From Takakia lepidozioides (Eukaryota > Plantae > Bryophyta), in contig CM060732.1 of the NCBI GenBank assembly GCA_030704615.1, positions 37,634,001 through 37,698,000 on the forward strand: 64,000 bases of DNA, read 5' to 3'. Below, piece after piece: positions 1-17,000 of this stretch. A program made the translations under genes and the position numbers. The notes under the pieces are model-generated. The model was not told the origin of the DNA and did not search any database. It worked only from the letters and a program-made list of their open reading frames with translations. The stretch's first letter is position 1; each line of letters starts with the position of its first letter.

Positions 1-147
1 AGATCCTTTTTTAGTGAGAAGCATTTGATTTAAGGCTACACTCATCCATGAGAGTGATTTTTGGGAATCTCACCAATGCTTAAATAGGAATGTATGCAAA
101 ATTATATTTTGTGATTATTTGTAGATACACGGAAGTCATCACACTGA

Positions 148-3537
<3,390 letters not shown>

Positions 3538-4718
3538 ATTGTTGTAGTGCCTGGGAAGCTCGTCAGATTAGGAACATGCTTTTTCAGCATTTTTGGTTCC
3601 ATAGCATGATGGAACTTGAGCACTGACATGTAGCTGTAGATCTCAATAAACTTATATACAGGTAGAAGGGCCTCCATTCAGATTTTTGACTACATGATAC
3701 AGGTGAGATGGGTTGCTTTCAATGATTGTAAATTTGTGAGGACATTCAAATGTGTTCATTATATACACATAATTTTCCATGATTTTCGGTGCATCTTTGT
3801 TGTCTTAATACATGAGGTACAAGGTATATATATTGAGCTTGAACGCAAGTTATTGTTCCTCTTGTTCTTCCTTTCGTTTCTGTGCTTAATCGTGTGTTCT
3901 TTTCTACTCTTTCTTTCTTGTCCCTGTTGCTAAACTTACTACTCATCTCCTCCCCTGCTTCACGGACTCTTCCGCCCACTGCTCCGAAAGCACCATCACA
4001 TCATCATCGCCCCATGCCATCCCCCTTGTACAATACACATGGATCTGATGACTGAATGGGGGAAGGCTTGGGCGGTTTTGGGTAAAGTTGTTTGCAGATG
4101 CTCAAAGAGGAGGAGGCAACAAGTTTTTGCAGACTTTGATGGCTTCTAGTTGGGATGCTGTTGCCGTGTTTCTGCTTCTCTCTCTCTGCTTAGTCTAAGT
4201 AGGGAAGGGTATCAGAGACAAGATTACAGTGAATAGCTTTCACCATGTCCAGGAATATATATGTTCTGATGGAATATTTCCTGATGAATTGACTGACATT
4301 AGAGCTTTTGAAGCAGCTCTCTGCTTTGACTCTGGTCACGGGGTGGTAAGCTTAGCTCCTCTGTAAGTAAACACCTTCACGGCCTCTTCCTCATTCTTCC
4401 AAAGCCCCAGTCCGCTTTTAACCAAAAAAAACAAAAACAAAAAAGATACTTGCTACTGTATTTGTTTATTATTTATTATTAGAAGGTGTGTGATCGCAGC
4501 CCTGCAAATCAGAGGGGCGCCAAAGTAATCGAATCTGACAAGGGCAGATAATCTGCCACTTGTCAGATTCAAACCTTTTAGCCGTTAAACGCTCTCGTAC
4601 GTACGCAGAAATCGTATAAATTCGGAATACCATATACACTCTAAAGTAGGCACCTACCTACCTAGCTACATACTACATACCCTCATTTTTGCACCAACGA
4701 GGTGTCATTAGTCATTAC

Positions 4719-5812
4719 CAGTGTCGTGCTGGTAAATAGATTTTTGCTTACCCTCCGGGTAGGGGTAAATAGAAATAATAGGATTATTTATCCTCCGGGT
4801 CAGGGTAAATTATTTATATGTCCAATGATTTATCCTATGGGTAAGGATAAGAAAAACATTGATGATTTATTTATCCTCCAGATAAAGGATAAAGTCTAAT
4901 ATATTGAGAAAGATAAGGATAAATGTCCTGTAAGGGTAGTTTATTTATCCTTTATTCATCCCCAGATAAATAAATCATATAAAGAAGGATATATAGTGTT
5001 TTTAAAATGCTCAGGAGAAAAGTTAATTTAGAACCAACAGTCAGTAGCTCAGTTGGTAAAGTGCACTGAGTGCCATCCGGATGACCCTGGGGTCCAATCC
5101 TGCTACTTGACGGGTGTGGTACAATCTTCTCCCCGTTCCCTGCGCAGGCGTCGCATCAGAAAGCCTATCGGCGAGGTTATTGAGAGGTTATTTTCTCCTC
5201 TCTCTATCAAGGAGCCTGATTTGTGAGCTGTCGCTCCCAGGTGGTTTCCCTTTCTAAAATAAAATAAAATAAAATAAAAACAAAAACATTACGAGCATTT
5301 TTTAGTGTAATAATAGTGCTGATTATAGGATATAGATAATTTATATATATGTTATTTATTATTCTTCAGTTAATTAATTTACTATTTATTATTAATAATT
5401 AGTATACATATTTACCCTTTCTATTTCCTCTGTAAATTCACTGGACGTTAAAGAAACTTTATCTTATCTTATTTCATCAACTATTAAATATTTACCTACG
5501 GATAAAGGGTATATGGAAATTATTATATATATATATATATATATATATAAAAGGAAACCTGGGAGCGACACAATTCAGGCCCTGATAATATATATATATC
5601 CATCCCCTGTCTCTCTGTCCATTGGGCCCTCGATGGCCTGTGTGTTGAGCAGTAGGCTCTGTAAATTCACTGGACGTTAAAGAAACTTTATCTTTTTATC
5701 TTATCTCTCTATATATATATATACCCTTCAGAGGTAAGAGTAAGGGTATCTCATTATTTACCCGTCTGAATGAAATGGACGATAAATCATTTACCCTTAC
5801 CTTGATTTACTA
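4719..5812. mobile_element. Non-autonomous hAT-like/MITE element (GGGTAA/TTACCC subterminal repeats), right end truncated, with nested SINE-like insert
   Basis: Starts CAGTGTCGTGC. The first ~150 bp closely match 24744-24900 (gtaaatagatttttgctta..ggattatttatcctccgggt). TTTACCCTTACC motifs occur near 5790. Confidence 0.6.
5035..5281 (+). mobile_element. tRNA-derived SINE-like element
   Basis: Box A-like TAGCTCAGTTGG, degenerate box B (ggtccaatcc), tail gcctgatttgtgagctgtcgctcccagg shared with the copies at 35974 and 54979, then (TAAAA)n. Confidence 0.6.
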
Positions 5813-7190
5813 GTTATATGGAAGGTACACAGCATGTATAATACATAGTATTATTAGGTAGGTAGGTATCTGCCTGTGTATTTCTGACTTTTGCACACAC
5901 ATTTGGAACCCATCAGCAGGTCTTAGGTTCAAATCTGATATCTGCGTTTGGTGGAGTCAGGGAGGGAGAGCCTGTGTGCACGGGGAGAGACGAGGAGAAA
6001 GAATTGAAAAAGGAATCAAAGCAGAGGTTTGGGGCATAGCGATGTCGATGAGGATGATCATGGTTTGTAACGTTCAAGTCAAGATGGTTGGATGCGGGAG
6101 AGGAGAGGTGTTGACTTTGAGCTCGAGCGTAGGTAGATGCATACTGGATTTGAACCCACGCTTTGTGGTTGGGTTGAAGGAAAGCGGAAAGGTGTATCCG
6201 AGAAGTGATGCACGAAGGATGTGGAAGATGCGACACAGAGCATAAGTAAATGTGTGCGTGAGTTGCTGAAAGAGTGTCAGTTGCTGTTGCTGTTGCTGTT
6301 GATTTTAGTCTTGTTGGATCAGCTCTGGATCGATCGATGATCACACAAACTCGAAAAGGTTTGGATTTGGAAGAGGCAAGGTGTGGCATGATCGTGACGT
6401 AGGAGCCGAAAAATTGGGTGGGTTTGTCGGTTTGTGTGAGGAAGAGAAGGTGTGTGGCGATGCGCTTGTTGTTGGATGGTGGGAGCTGCAGCTTGGGTTG
6501 GATTTTGAAAGCAGCCCGAAGCGGGGCTAGTTGAGCGTGATTGATCGAATTATGAGGATGTGGGCAGGCGAGACAGTGGAGGAAGAGATGAGGAAGGATC
6601 CCCACCGGGCATGGGGAAGTGAGTGTGTGTTACGGATGTCACGACTTGGGAATGAGCTTGTGAAAATGGGAGATGGCATTCTAGTCCAGGATTGGAGTGT
6701 ACCCGTGTCACGTAGTAGGTTGGAGAGAAAAATTTGGATGAGGAGGGGCATGCAAATGGGTGTGATTGCATGAGGAGTGCTCAGCTGCGCGAGCCAGGGA
6801 GTGGTATAAACTGAACTGAACCCACAAGCCTTACCAAGCGACGGAAAGGGGAGTAGATGGATATGGAGATAGGAAGGATCGACTGTTTTGGGGAACAAGC
6901 CATCGAGGGCATGGGAGATTGCAATAGGGCCGGAAGAGACATGCAATCTTTGTGTGGAAAGTGGGGAGTTTTGAGGTGCTGGACGGTAGCCACATCCGAA
7001 AGTAACCTCTCGCAACCGGGTTTCGGGAGAAACCAGTGTGTGTGGTGATTCAAGAGATCAGGTAAAAGTTGTGGGCAGTTTCCAAGACGTTTAGAAACAA
7101 GCCAGAAAGCAGGTGGGTGATGAGGAACTAATCTTGAGCAACCAACTTACTGATCAACAATTCAAGCTTTCCAAACAAGCACCTTTTAAC

Positions 7191-10100
7191 ATGAGGAGGG
7201 CACCAGGAGAGGTGAATGTAAATGGTATTGGGCGTTTGCGGTTTGCCCATATGCTACTTGCACTGGTCCTCTTGTCTGTGGTTTTTATGAGCATCCAGGT
7301 TCCACAGCTCTTTGAGCCCAACATAGTCCCCCGCATTTTTCCCCCCTTAGATGTAGTAGATGAGGGTGCAGAGAGTTGGAGTTCTGGGGAACCTGCACGA
7401 AGAATACCCGACAATCAGAGGAGGCTTATTGCCAACGAGGTGAATCAGAGGGCGAGGACCCATCTCCAAAGACAATTGCCCTTAAACGATGCCAGAGAGC
7501 TGGCAGCACCCTCGAAAGTAGAAGATGCAATACAGGTCAGTTGTTCTGTTTTGTTGCAAGTTTTGGGGGTGTTTTGTAGCATATTCTCAACTGTCGCCTT
7601 GGCTGGACATTCTGACTTCATTTGCACGAAGTTTCGATTCTTGCCTGTACTGAATGTCAGGTGAGGAACGGAAATTGGAGGATCTGGCGACTTTATAGGC
7701 CAGAGTCCACTAATCCCCAGCTTACTCAGACATCTGAGTCTTGAATGTGGTCAGCAAGGGCTTGATGCAAGGAACCAATTTCTGGTTCAAACTGGAGTGC
7801 TCTTGTATAGAAGATATTGGGTACTCTGAAGTGGGCGCTCGAGTATCATGTATTTGATATATATCCATGTGGATGCCAGGCTAAGAAACAGGTTAGTGTT
7901 GTTGTGGCCCTAGAAAATCTCCATGCAGCTCTAAAAACTGAAATACCTTCGCAGGTTGAATTGAAGACAAATGTGGGAAAGGCAGACGATTCTTCCCCCT
8001 CAAGAGTAGGTTTGGGTGGGAATTTTAGAAGGCAACCAGGGCAGACTGGTGCATGGGAAGATCACAACTATGTCAAAGGCTCTCTGCGAAGTGTCCAAGA
8101 GATGCGCTCAAGCACTAATAACAGACAGACTGGGAATCATCCCAATAGAACTGAAGCAGAGAGCTCCAATGACAGATCCCTCCAATCTGCTGCTCAAATG
8201 GCATGGCTTGCAGGTGCCAAGGCCTGGAAGGAAGTCGAAGAAGCAATTGTGCAAGGAAATAAGACCCTGATTGTAGGCGGAGAGAGTGGTGAGCAGTCCC
8301 CGCCAAGGAGGATAGAGGTGTGCCCATCATCGTTGGCAATGACTGGAAAGGCATTGGAGGATGCAGGGCGTGTCATGTTTCTACCATGCGGGCTCATGTT
8401 TGGGTCGGCCATTACGCTGGTGGGGAAGCCTAAGGAGGCTCACATTGAGCATAAGCCCCTGATTGCGAGGGTAGGGGAGGGTGTCTCTCAGGAGGTTATG
8501 GTATCACAATTCCTACTGGAGTTGCAAGGGTTGAAGGTTGTGGGGGATGAGGATCCCCCTCGAATCCTTCATGTGAATCCACGACTGCGGGGTGACTGGA
8601 GTTGGAAGCCTGTGATAGAGCAGAATACGTGCTATCGTGGCCAATGGGGTGCGGGTCAGCGGTGTGAGGGGTGGCAGTCTCCGGACGATGAGGAAACTGG
8701 TACTATGCACCTTGGAGTCAATTTAAAACTTGTGTCGCTATTCAATTTGAGAACACTTTGAAGAATGATGTATGTGTGCATCTTAGTAAAAATTAGATCC
8801 AGTGACTTTTGACCTGATAACGATTAGACAGTAAACTTTTTATAGTGGCTGCTTGCTGCTGTTGAACGTCCATGTATAGGTAAATCTGTTCCTAGCGTCC
8901 AACAACATGCATTGGGCTACTATAAATTCACAGTGGACATGGGCAAATTTACTTTTACTTACCAACTCCTTTGCCCAAGGTTTTGGCCTAGCAGTTGTCT
9001 TCCGTCTAAATTGACCACTGTGCTGGCTGGACTGCCTCCTAAGTTCTACATCTCCGTGGACTTTCACCACAATATTTATGGTTGGTTGTCAGTCATTGTT
9101 GGCCAGATGTTGCCCAAGGGGGTTGGAATTTCATGAAGGGACCTGATTTTTTGAGTTCCTTCATGGAGTCTCTTTTGGGTCAGTAGACGTTCCGCTTGGC
9201 AAGCTGCTGAGATAGTTGTACTTAGTGTTGGTTGTCATCATGACCTTATGAAATCCTTTTCCTTAGCCAGTTATGATTTTCAAATCTGACATATCCTGAA
9301 TTTCTACTTGAAGTTTCTGAGTTCTTGTGCACACAAGTGATGAGAACTTGGTAGAGAGATTTGACTGTTGATTTAAGGACTGGCATTGACCTCATACTAG
9401 AAAGCAGGAGGTTGAGATCCAAGCCTTGCCACTATCGCTCTCTATGTGACAGATGTGGGTGTGGTTGCACTCTGGAGGAGCAAGGGGTAACTGCAGTGCT
9501 CTGGGTATAGTGTGACTACGCTGTAGCTGCACGGGCAATGACACTGTAGGAATCAGATGAATCTGAAGACACAAACAGAGGTAGACACCAGAAACAGGCA
9601 CAGACAAACAAAATCTTTAGACACAACGACAAATAAAGTGTGATCGTTTCAAACATCAACACCTGGCCTATCTGACATATATAGTGCGACTGTTTCAATG
9701 GATGTTTTGTAGTCGATGGGCAACCAAAATGTGAAAAATGGCTTCGGGAAGACAATGACAACTCTCGGCAGTCTAAGAAGTCCTCTTGGCTGGACAGATT
9801 AATGGGACGCAGTGAGAAGGAGACAGTGGAGTGGGAGTACCCATTTGCTGGAGGCCAACTATTTGTCCTTACTATCCAAGCTGGGTTGGAGGGGTTCCAT
9901 TTAACAGTTGATGGGCGTCACATCAGCTCTTTCCCATATCGTACGGTAGGTTTAAGGTTGCTTTATGGAAGAGACTGATTTCTGTTAAGTTTTTATCTGT
10001 TTTCCATACAAGCATCCAGTTTCTTTGTTGTTGAAGCTCAGAGTTGGTTTCTGCAAAATTGCGGCATTGCAACAGCCTTCAGGAAAGCTTCAGGGGTACA

Positions 10101-11033
10101 AAGTCTTTCAGCTAGTAGTGGGGTTGTGACTGCCATGGGGCCAATTTCAATTTTTAGTGGGGAGAATGCCTGTGTGTGACCAAAGTTGATTTTTACTTGC
10201 TGCCCACATGTCATACCATGCCATACTTTGTTAATTCAGTTTTTTCTAGCCACAGGTGGAAATAAATGGACTATGGGGCAGCCTCCAGTAGGACAAACCC
10301 CACCCCACCCAAACCCCTACCCCTGTCCTGTACATGCCAATCTATCGGGGTTCAACCTATAAGGGCATGATAGTACTATCACATTCACAATGGACTTAAT
10401 TTTGAACAAATCTTGGGAAGATTAAAAGAGCTAGACACACAAAAGAAGTGGATTATAAGGGTTTGACTGGAGCCTGTTATATGTTTTATAATTGAAGTTT
10501 GTCAGTAACTAACTCCGTGTGGTTGGCCAGGGCTACATCGTTGAAGAAGCAACTGGGGTGTTAATAGCAGGGGATCTTGAACTGCATTCAGTGGTGGCCA
10601 CTGCACTCCCGTCAATCCACCCAAGCTTCTCGTCAGAGCTGGTCCTGGAGATGTCTGACAATTGGAAGGCACCTCCGGTACCTTCAAGCTCAATTGATTT
10701 GTTTATTGGAATATTGTCAACAAGTAACCATTTTGCTGAGCGCATGGCCGTCAGGAAAACCTGGTTGCAGTCTCAGTCCATTCGAGCATCGAACGTTGTG
10801 GCTCGGTTCTTTGTTGCTCTGGTATTTCTTCACTCACAACTTCCATAGGTTCTTCCTCCACAGCCTTCCTTCTCCTACGCAACATCATATCCATTCATAT
10901 TTGGACAGATGTAGTCAACCTTGATTATTTGCATTCAGAGAGAAGTCCGAACACCCATCTTACAAGTACACACAGCCTATGCAAACTTGGGTTTCTCAGT
11001 ACCTTTTTCATTTCATTTCAGTAACATGAATGT

Positions 11034-11075
<42 letters not shown>

Positions 11076-14000
11076 GCTTCACTTCTCTCAAAGCCTTCGA
11101 AGATGTAAAGCTGGACTGTGCTTCGTTCCTTGCCAAAGGTCAGGTAGTGCTATTGGGTGACTTCAATGCCCGGGTGGGCAAAGGGCTCCATCAGGACGAT
11201 ATCACTGGGCCTTTTGGTGAGGACGAGCTGAATTCTAATGGCAGACGGTTAATTGACTGTCTGGAAGAGCTTCAGCTTTTGACCTTGAATAACAGGACAA
11301 GAGGTGACCAAGTGCAGTGGACTCGTGAGAAATCCCAAACTGGGGAACGTTCCATTGTGGACTATATCATAATGGACAAAAATTTGTTTCCCCAGTGTGC
11401 CAATGTGTTGATCGACAGAACTGATATTGGTACCTCTGACCACTTCCTGGTTTGGACTGAGATCAAAAGGTGTTTTCCCAACACCAAGAGATCTGTGAAA
11501 CGTTCGATTCGGAAGTGGCGCATAGAAAAATTCCATAATGAGGAGGTCAAGGCTGAGTACGTCCAGGCCTTGCAAGAGGCTCTCCCTCATTTTGTCCAAT
11601 TGCTCCAAGAACTTCAGTCTCGCTCTGACAACGCAAGAAATGAAGTCGAAAGAGCAGTGGACTCTTGGGAGAGTTTCGTCTCCTCCGTGGCTGACAAGAT
11701 CATTGGGAGGAAACTAATCGTCTGCGGTAGAGCTGTTAATTGGTGGACCAATGAGATCAAACTCAAGATAGCTGAGAGACGAACCCTCTATAAAGAGTGC
11801 TGCAATTTGAAAACCAACAGAGAATTGTGGGCGAGGTACTATCAGCTCTGGAAAGATATCAATCAGCTTGTTAGGTCTCAGAAGAAATTATACTGGGATA
11901 AGTTATACAGTGAAATAAACTCAAACCACCATGGTTGTAATGACAAGAAATTCTGGTTGGCCCTTCAACGTTTGTACAAGCCTAAAAACGGTCAGCAAGT
12001 ACAAGCGCTGAAGACTACTAAAGGTGCAGTGGTGACTTCATCGGTTGACATTGTCAAAACCTTGAAAATCACTACAGTATCCTTGGCAGAACTTCTAGGT
12101 CTAACAGTGAGGGGTCTTCTGCTGAATGGAGGGACACAGTTGGAAAAACTGTTCCTATGATTCAAAACAGCCCTGATGAACTGAAGTATATTTCAATGGC
12201 TTATGACGCTCCCATTAGTTCTTCTGAGATTGTGGAAGCAATTGAACATTTAAATGGATATAAAGCTGGTGGACCTGATGGTATTGTCAACAAGCTTATC
12301 AAGCACGGTGGCGATCCCATGATAGAGGCCCTAGTTCTCCTCTTTAACCTTATCTGGAAGACTGAAATGATCCCCTTTCGCTGGCGACAGGGGGTCATTG
12401 TCAATCTATACAAGAAGGGTGACAGAAGAACCGGGGAACTACCGTGGCATCACGCTCCTCAATGCTGTTGGCAAGACATTCTGCAGAGTTATAAGTACTC
12501 GTCTTGAGGTTGATCTGGAGTCTAGAGGTTGTTTCCATGAAGGCCAAGCTGGCTTTCGGTGAAACAGGGGCTGTGTGGATCATATCTTCACTCTAAGCCA
12601 GATCAGGGAAGGAAAAAAGAAGGGAAACCCACTTATGTTTTTTTCCTGGATGTCAAAAAGGCTTATGACACAGTGTGGAGAGTTGGCCTATGGTTCCGCC
12701 TCTGGTCTTGTGGGATCAAGGGAAAGATGTGGAGAGTTGTCCACAACTTGTATGCTCACACCAAAAGCTGTGTCACTGTTAACGGACAGAAGTCCAACTT
12801 CTTTGACATAGACCAAGGTGTAGCTCAAGGATGTACTCTCTCCCCTCTGCTCTTCAATGTTTTCATCAATCAACTCCTCGAGGATGTGGAAAGTGAAGGA
12901 TTTGGGTTAAGGGTGGGTGATACCGCCATACCAGCCCTTATGTTTACGGATGACTTCGCAGGCATAGGGGAGACTCCAACCAATCTCCAGGAGTTGATTG
13001 ATTGCGCGAAGAGATACTTTGATCTTTGGGGCTAGAGGCTAATGTCAGCAAATGTGCAGTGGTAGCATTCAACGACAGAGGAGAGGGAGGAAGTGATCTT
13101 AAGTGGCAGTGGGGTAGCCAAGAGATCCCGGTCCTCCCTTCCTACACTTACCTGGGCGTTGAGTTTTCCTCCAATTGTAATTGGGATGCACATATCCGGA
13201 AAGTTGTTCAAACTGGCAAGGGCAAAGCTCTGGGGCTCACTAAATTTTTCCACTGCAGCGGGGTCAACTCTAAGGTTAAGAAAACCATGCTTTGTCGTGT
13301 TATTAGACCTGCCTTGGAGTACGGATCTGCTATATGGGTTGATAACTCCAACCGGGCTAAGTCTCTAGAATCCATTCAAGTGGGGGTGCTTAAGGAGTGT
13401 ATGTCAGCATGCTCCAAGACAGCCAATGTGGCTGTTCGGGGTGAGTTTGGCATTCCATCCTTAAGCTCCCGACGAGATGAATTCAAGGTCAGATGGTGGG
13501 GTCAGCTGCAACATATGCCCAACACCAGATATCCTAAGTTAATCGACTCTATATCTTGGAAACAGGACCGCCCTGTCAAACAGGCTAAGTCCTGGCAGAA
13601 GAGAGTAGAAAAGATTCTCAAGGACCTGGACCTGGATCCGCAAGTCTTGACCCTGCTGGATAAATCTGACTTAGAGGCTGTAGTGTCCGAAGCCATGTCT
13701 GTTGCCATGAGATTGTCTGATGAAAATGAAGTTAGGCAGAGAACTTCCCTGAACTTGTTTCCAGTCAGTGACATGGGGGTGGACATCTTGGATGACCTCA
13801 AGGGTCTACCCACTCTCGGCACTAGACTGAAATTTAAACTCAGGGCAGGAAGCCTACCTTTGAACAGCAAACAGAAGCAGAGAGGAAAGGGAGAGTGCAA
13901 TTGTCCGTTGTGTGGGCAATCTGAAGACAGTATTCATTTTCTGATACACTGTCCCGGGTTCTCTCACCAAAGAGACGCTCTCTTCAATTCTATCAAGGGA

Positions 14001-17000
14001 ATTGTGCCTGTACCCCTGTTTACCAACTTTGAAAGTCTCGAGGCTGAGCCAAAAGCCCAGGGCCTCCTGAGGCCTAGTTTTTGGGCAAATCACACACAGC
14101 AGATTGATGCTTGTGTGAAGGGATTTCTAGAGGATATCTGGAAAACCCGGATTAATTCTTTATATGAAGGTAAGTCTTACTACCAACGTCAGCCCCCGAC
14201 AGAGGTAGGTTCTGTTCCTTTTATTCCTTCTCAAACTGGGCACGGGGTCAATGGCCACAAGGCTACGGCAAACAACGTCTTATGAGTACAATCTCTAGCT
14301 TCACTTTTGCCAATGAACCCAGAAGAGGTGGAAATCACATCCAGACATGACCGCAACCAACTCATTAGAAAGGAGCTCATGGAGTTACATGTCAGGAGAA
14401 CTTGGAAGTTACCCAACCTCACAACAAAGCTCCATTTCTATCGAGAAACATTCTTGGTTCTCCGGGATGATAGAATCTTGCGGCCCAATTACCTTTCGGC
14501 CTCTTTATCTCCTTCTCTCCTGAGGGCTTTGGGGCGGTTCAGGGTGGGCTCCCACAACCTACAGATAGAGGCTGGCAGATGGGAAAACCTGCAGCGGGAG
14601 GACTGCCTATGTCCTGCTTGCACAGGGCGCAACCAGGAAATTGAAACTGAAGAACACTTCTTCTTCTATTGCCCCCTATACTATGAGATCCGTGGAGATT
14701 CCATTGTCTATTCCGTGGAACTCAATCTCTCACTGAAGTCATCCACTATGAGGATCAGAAATGTTTGGCAGCCTACCTGCACGAGGCATTCACCCTTAGA
14801 CAATCACTCAAATAGTTCTTTTCTGACTACGGTTTTCCTATTTTCTCTCATGTTCTTCCTTCCATTTTGTCCCATAAGCTCTATGAGCTTTCCGCGGACG
14901 TTATAAAGCACCATTTCATTTCATTTCATTTCTCTCCCTCCCTCCCTCTTCAAATCCATCAAGGGAATTGTGCCTGGACCTCTGTTTACCAACTTTGCAA
15001 ATCTTGAGGCTGAGCCAAAAGCCCAGGCCCTTTTGGGGCCTAGTTATTGGGCAAACCACACACAGCAGATTGATGCTTGTGTGAGGGATTTCTAGAGGAT
15101 TTCTGGAAAACTCGGATCGATTGTTGTTCCAAGGTAAGTCATACTACGGCGTCAGCGCCTGGCAAAGGTAGTTTCTGTCCCTTTGTGTTCCGCTCAAACT
15201 GGGCGCGGGGTCAGCCACAAGGCTATGGCAAACGTCTTATGAGTACATTCTCTCAGCCCTGCACACAATCCAGAGTGACAGGCATGTCATTTCTGTGGTA
15301 CGTGCAGGGCTATGAAAATAAAATCAATAACCTTGCAACCAGGCTGTTGAGTTTGCATGTGGACAAGTGCCTCTACGAGTGCCTTATTGGCAGTTGCTTG
15401 AAAATAGCTTTATACCTTCAGGCTGTAAGGCTATCGTAAGCCAACACTTGCAGTTAGTACTTTCTCTCTCTCTCCCCCACTTTCTGTCTCCTCTTGTTCT
15501 GCCTAAACTGGGGGCGGCGTTTATGGCCACAAGGCTATGGAAAACCACATCTTACGAGCACATTCTCCCTCTCTCCTCCTACCCGCACTAGACTGAAATT
15601 TTAACTGAGGGCAGGGGGTCTACCTGTGAACAATAGACACATGCAGAGAGGAAAGGGAGATTGTCAATGTCCGATGTTTGGGTGGCCTGAAGACTATATC
15701 CGGGGTATTCTCATCAGAGAGCGACCCACTTCAGGACCATGAGGAACATAGTCCCTGCACCTCTGTTCACCAACTTTCAAAATCTCGAGGCTGAGCCTAA
15801 AGCCCTGGCCGTGTTGGCGTCTATTTCTGGGCAGCTCACACACAGCAGATTGATGGTTTTGTAAAGGGCTTTCTAGAGGAAATCTGGAAAACTCAAACTG
15901 ATTGTCATATCAAGGTCCCATTACTAGAGTGAGCCCCTCACAAAGGTAGTGTCTGTTCCCTCACTGGGCGTGGGGTCTATGGCCACAAACAAGGCTACGG
16001 AAAACAATGTCTTATGAGTACATTCTCTCACTCTCCTGAGTTTGGACTGATTCAGTGACAGACTGTTCTGGTAAAATTTTGGAAGCCAGAATCAAATTCC
16101 ATTGGAATTACTGGAGCAAGCCTTTTGGGATGGTGGTGGACCTCCTCTGATCTTCTACTTTCCCTCCTCTCTCAGAACTACGGCAGTAATGGCTGAGCTG
16201 TGTAGCCTGGTGGGATAAACGACCTACCATACCACAGCCTTGGGAGCAGTAGTACATCTGCAAGGACTATCCCATCAAGAGTACACCATACCCAATACTT
16301 CTCCCATAAAACTCTTGTAATCAATCCAATCCAGGGGGAGAGATTGTACTCATAAGACGTTGTTTGCCGTAGCCTTGTGGCCATTGACCCCGCCCAGTTT
16401 GAGCGGAACACAAAGGGACAGAACCTACCTCTGTCAGGGGCTGACGTTGGTAGTAAGACTTACCTTGGTATAAAGCATTGATCCGGGTTTTCCAGATATC
16501 CTCTAGAAATCCCTTCACACAAGCATCAATCTGCTGTGTGTGATTTGCCCAAAAACTAGGCCTCAGGAGGGCCTGGGCTTTTGGCTCAGCCTCGAGACTT
16601 TCAAAGTTGGTAAACAGGGGTACAGGCACAATTCCCTTGATAGAATTGAAGAGAGCGTCTCTTTGGTGAGAGAACCCCGGACAGCGTATCAGAAAATGAA
16701 TACTGTCTTCAGATTGCCCACACAACGGACAATTGCACTCTCCCTTTCCTCTCTGCTTCTGTTTGCTGTTCAAAGGTAGGCTTCCTGCCCTGAGTTTAAA
16801 TTTCAGTCTGTGCCGAGAGTGGGTAGACCCTTGAGGTCATCCAAGATGTCCACCCCCATGTCACTGACTGGAAACAAGTTCAGGGAAGTTCTCTGCCTAA
16901 CTTCATTTTCATCAGACAATCTCATGGCAACAGACATGGCTTCGGACACTACAGCCTCTAAGGCAGATTTATCCAGCAGGGTCAAGACTTGCGGATCCAG

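Noticed and set aside
5913-7053. Long ORFs (230 aa, 162 aa) upstream of GALT
   Set aside because: Low-complexity products of a G/A-skewed promoter or 5' UTR region, with no recognisable domain.
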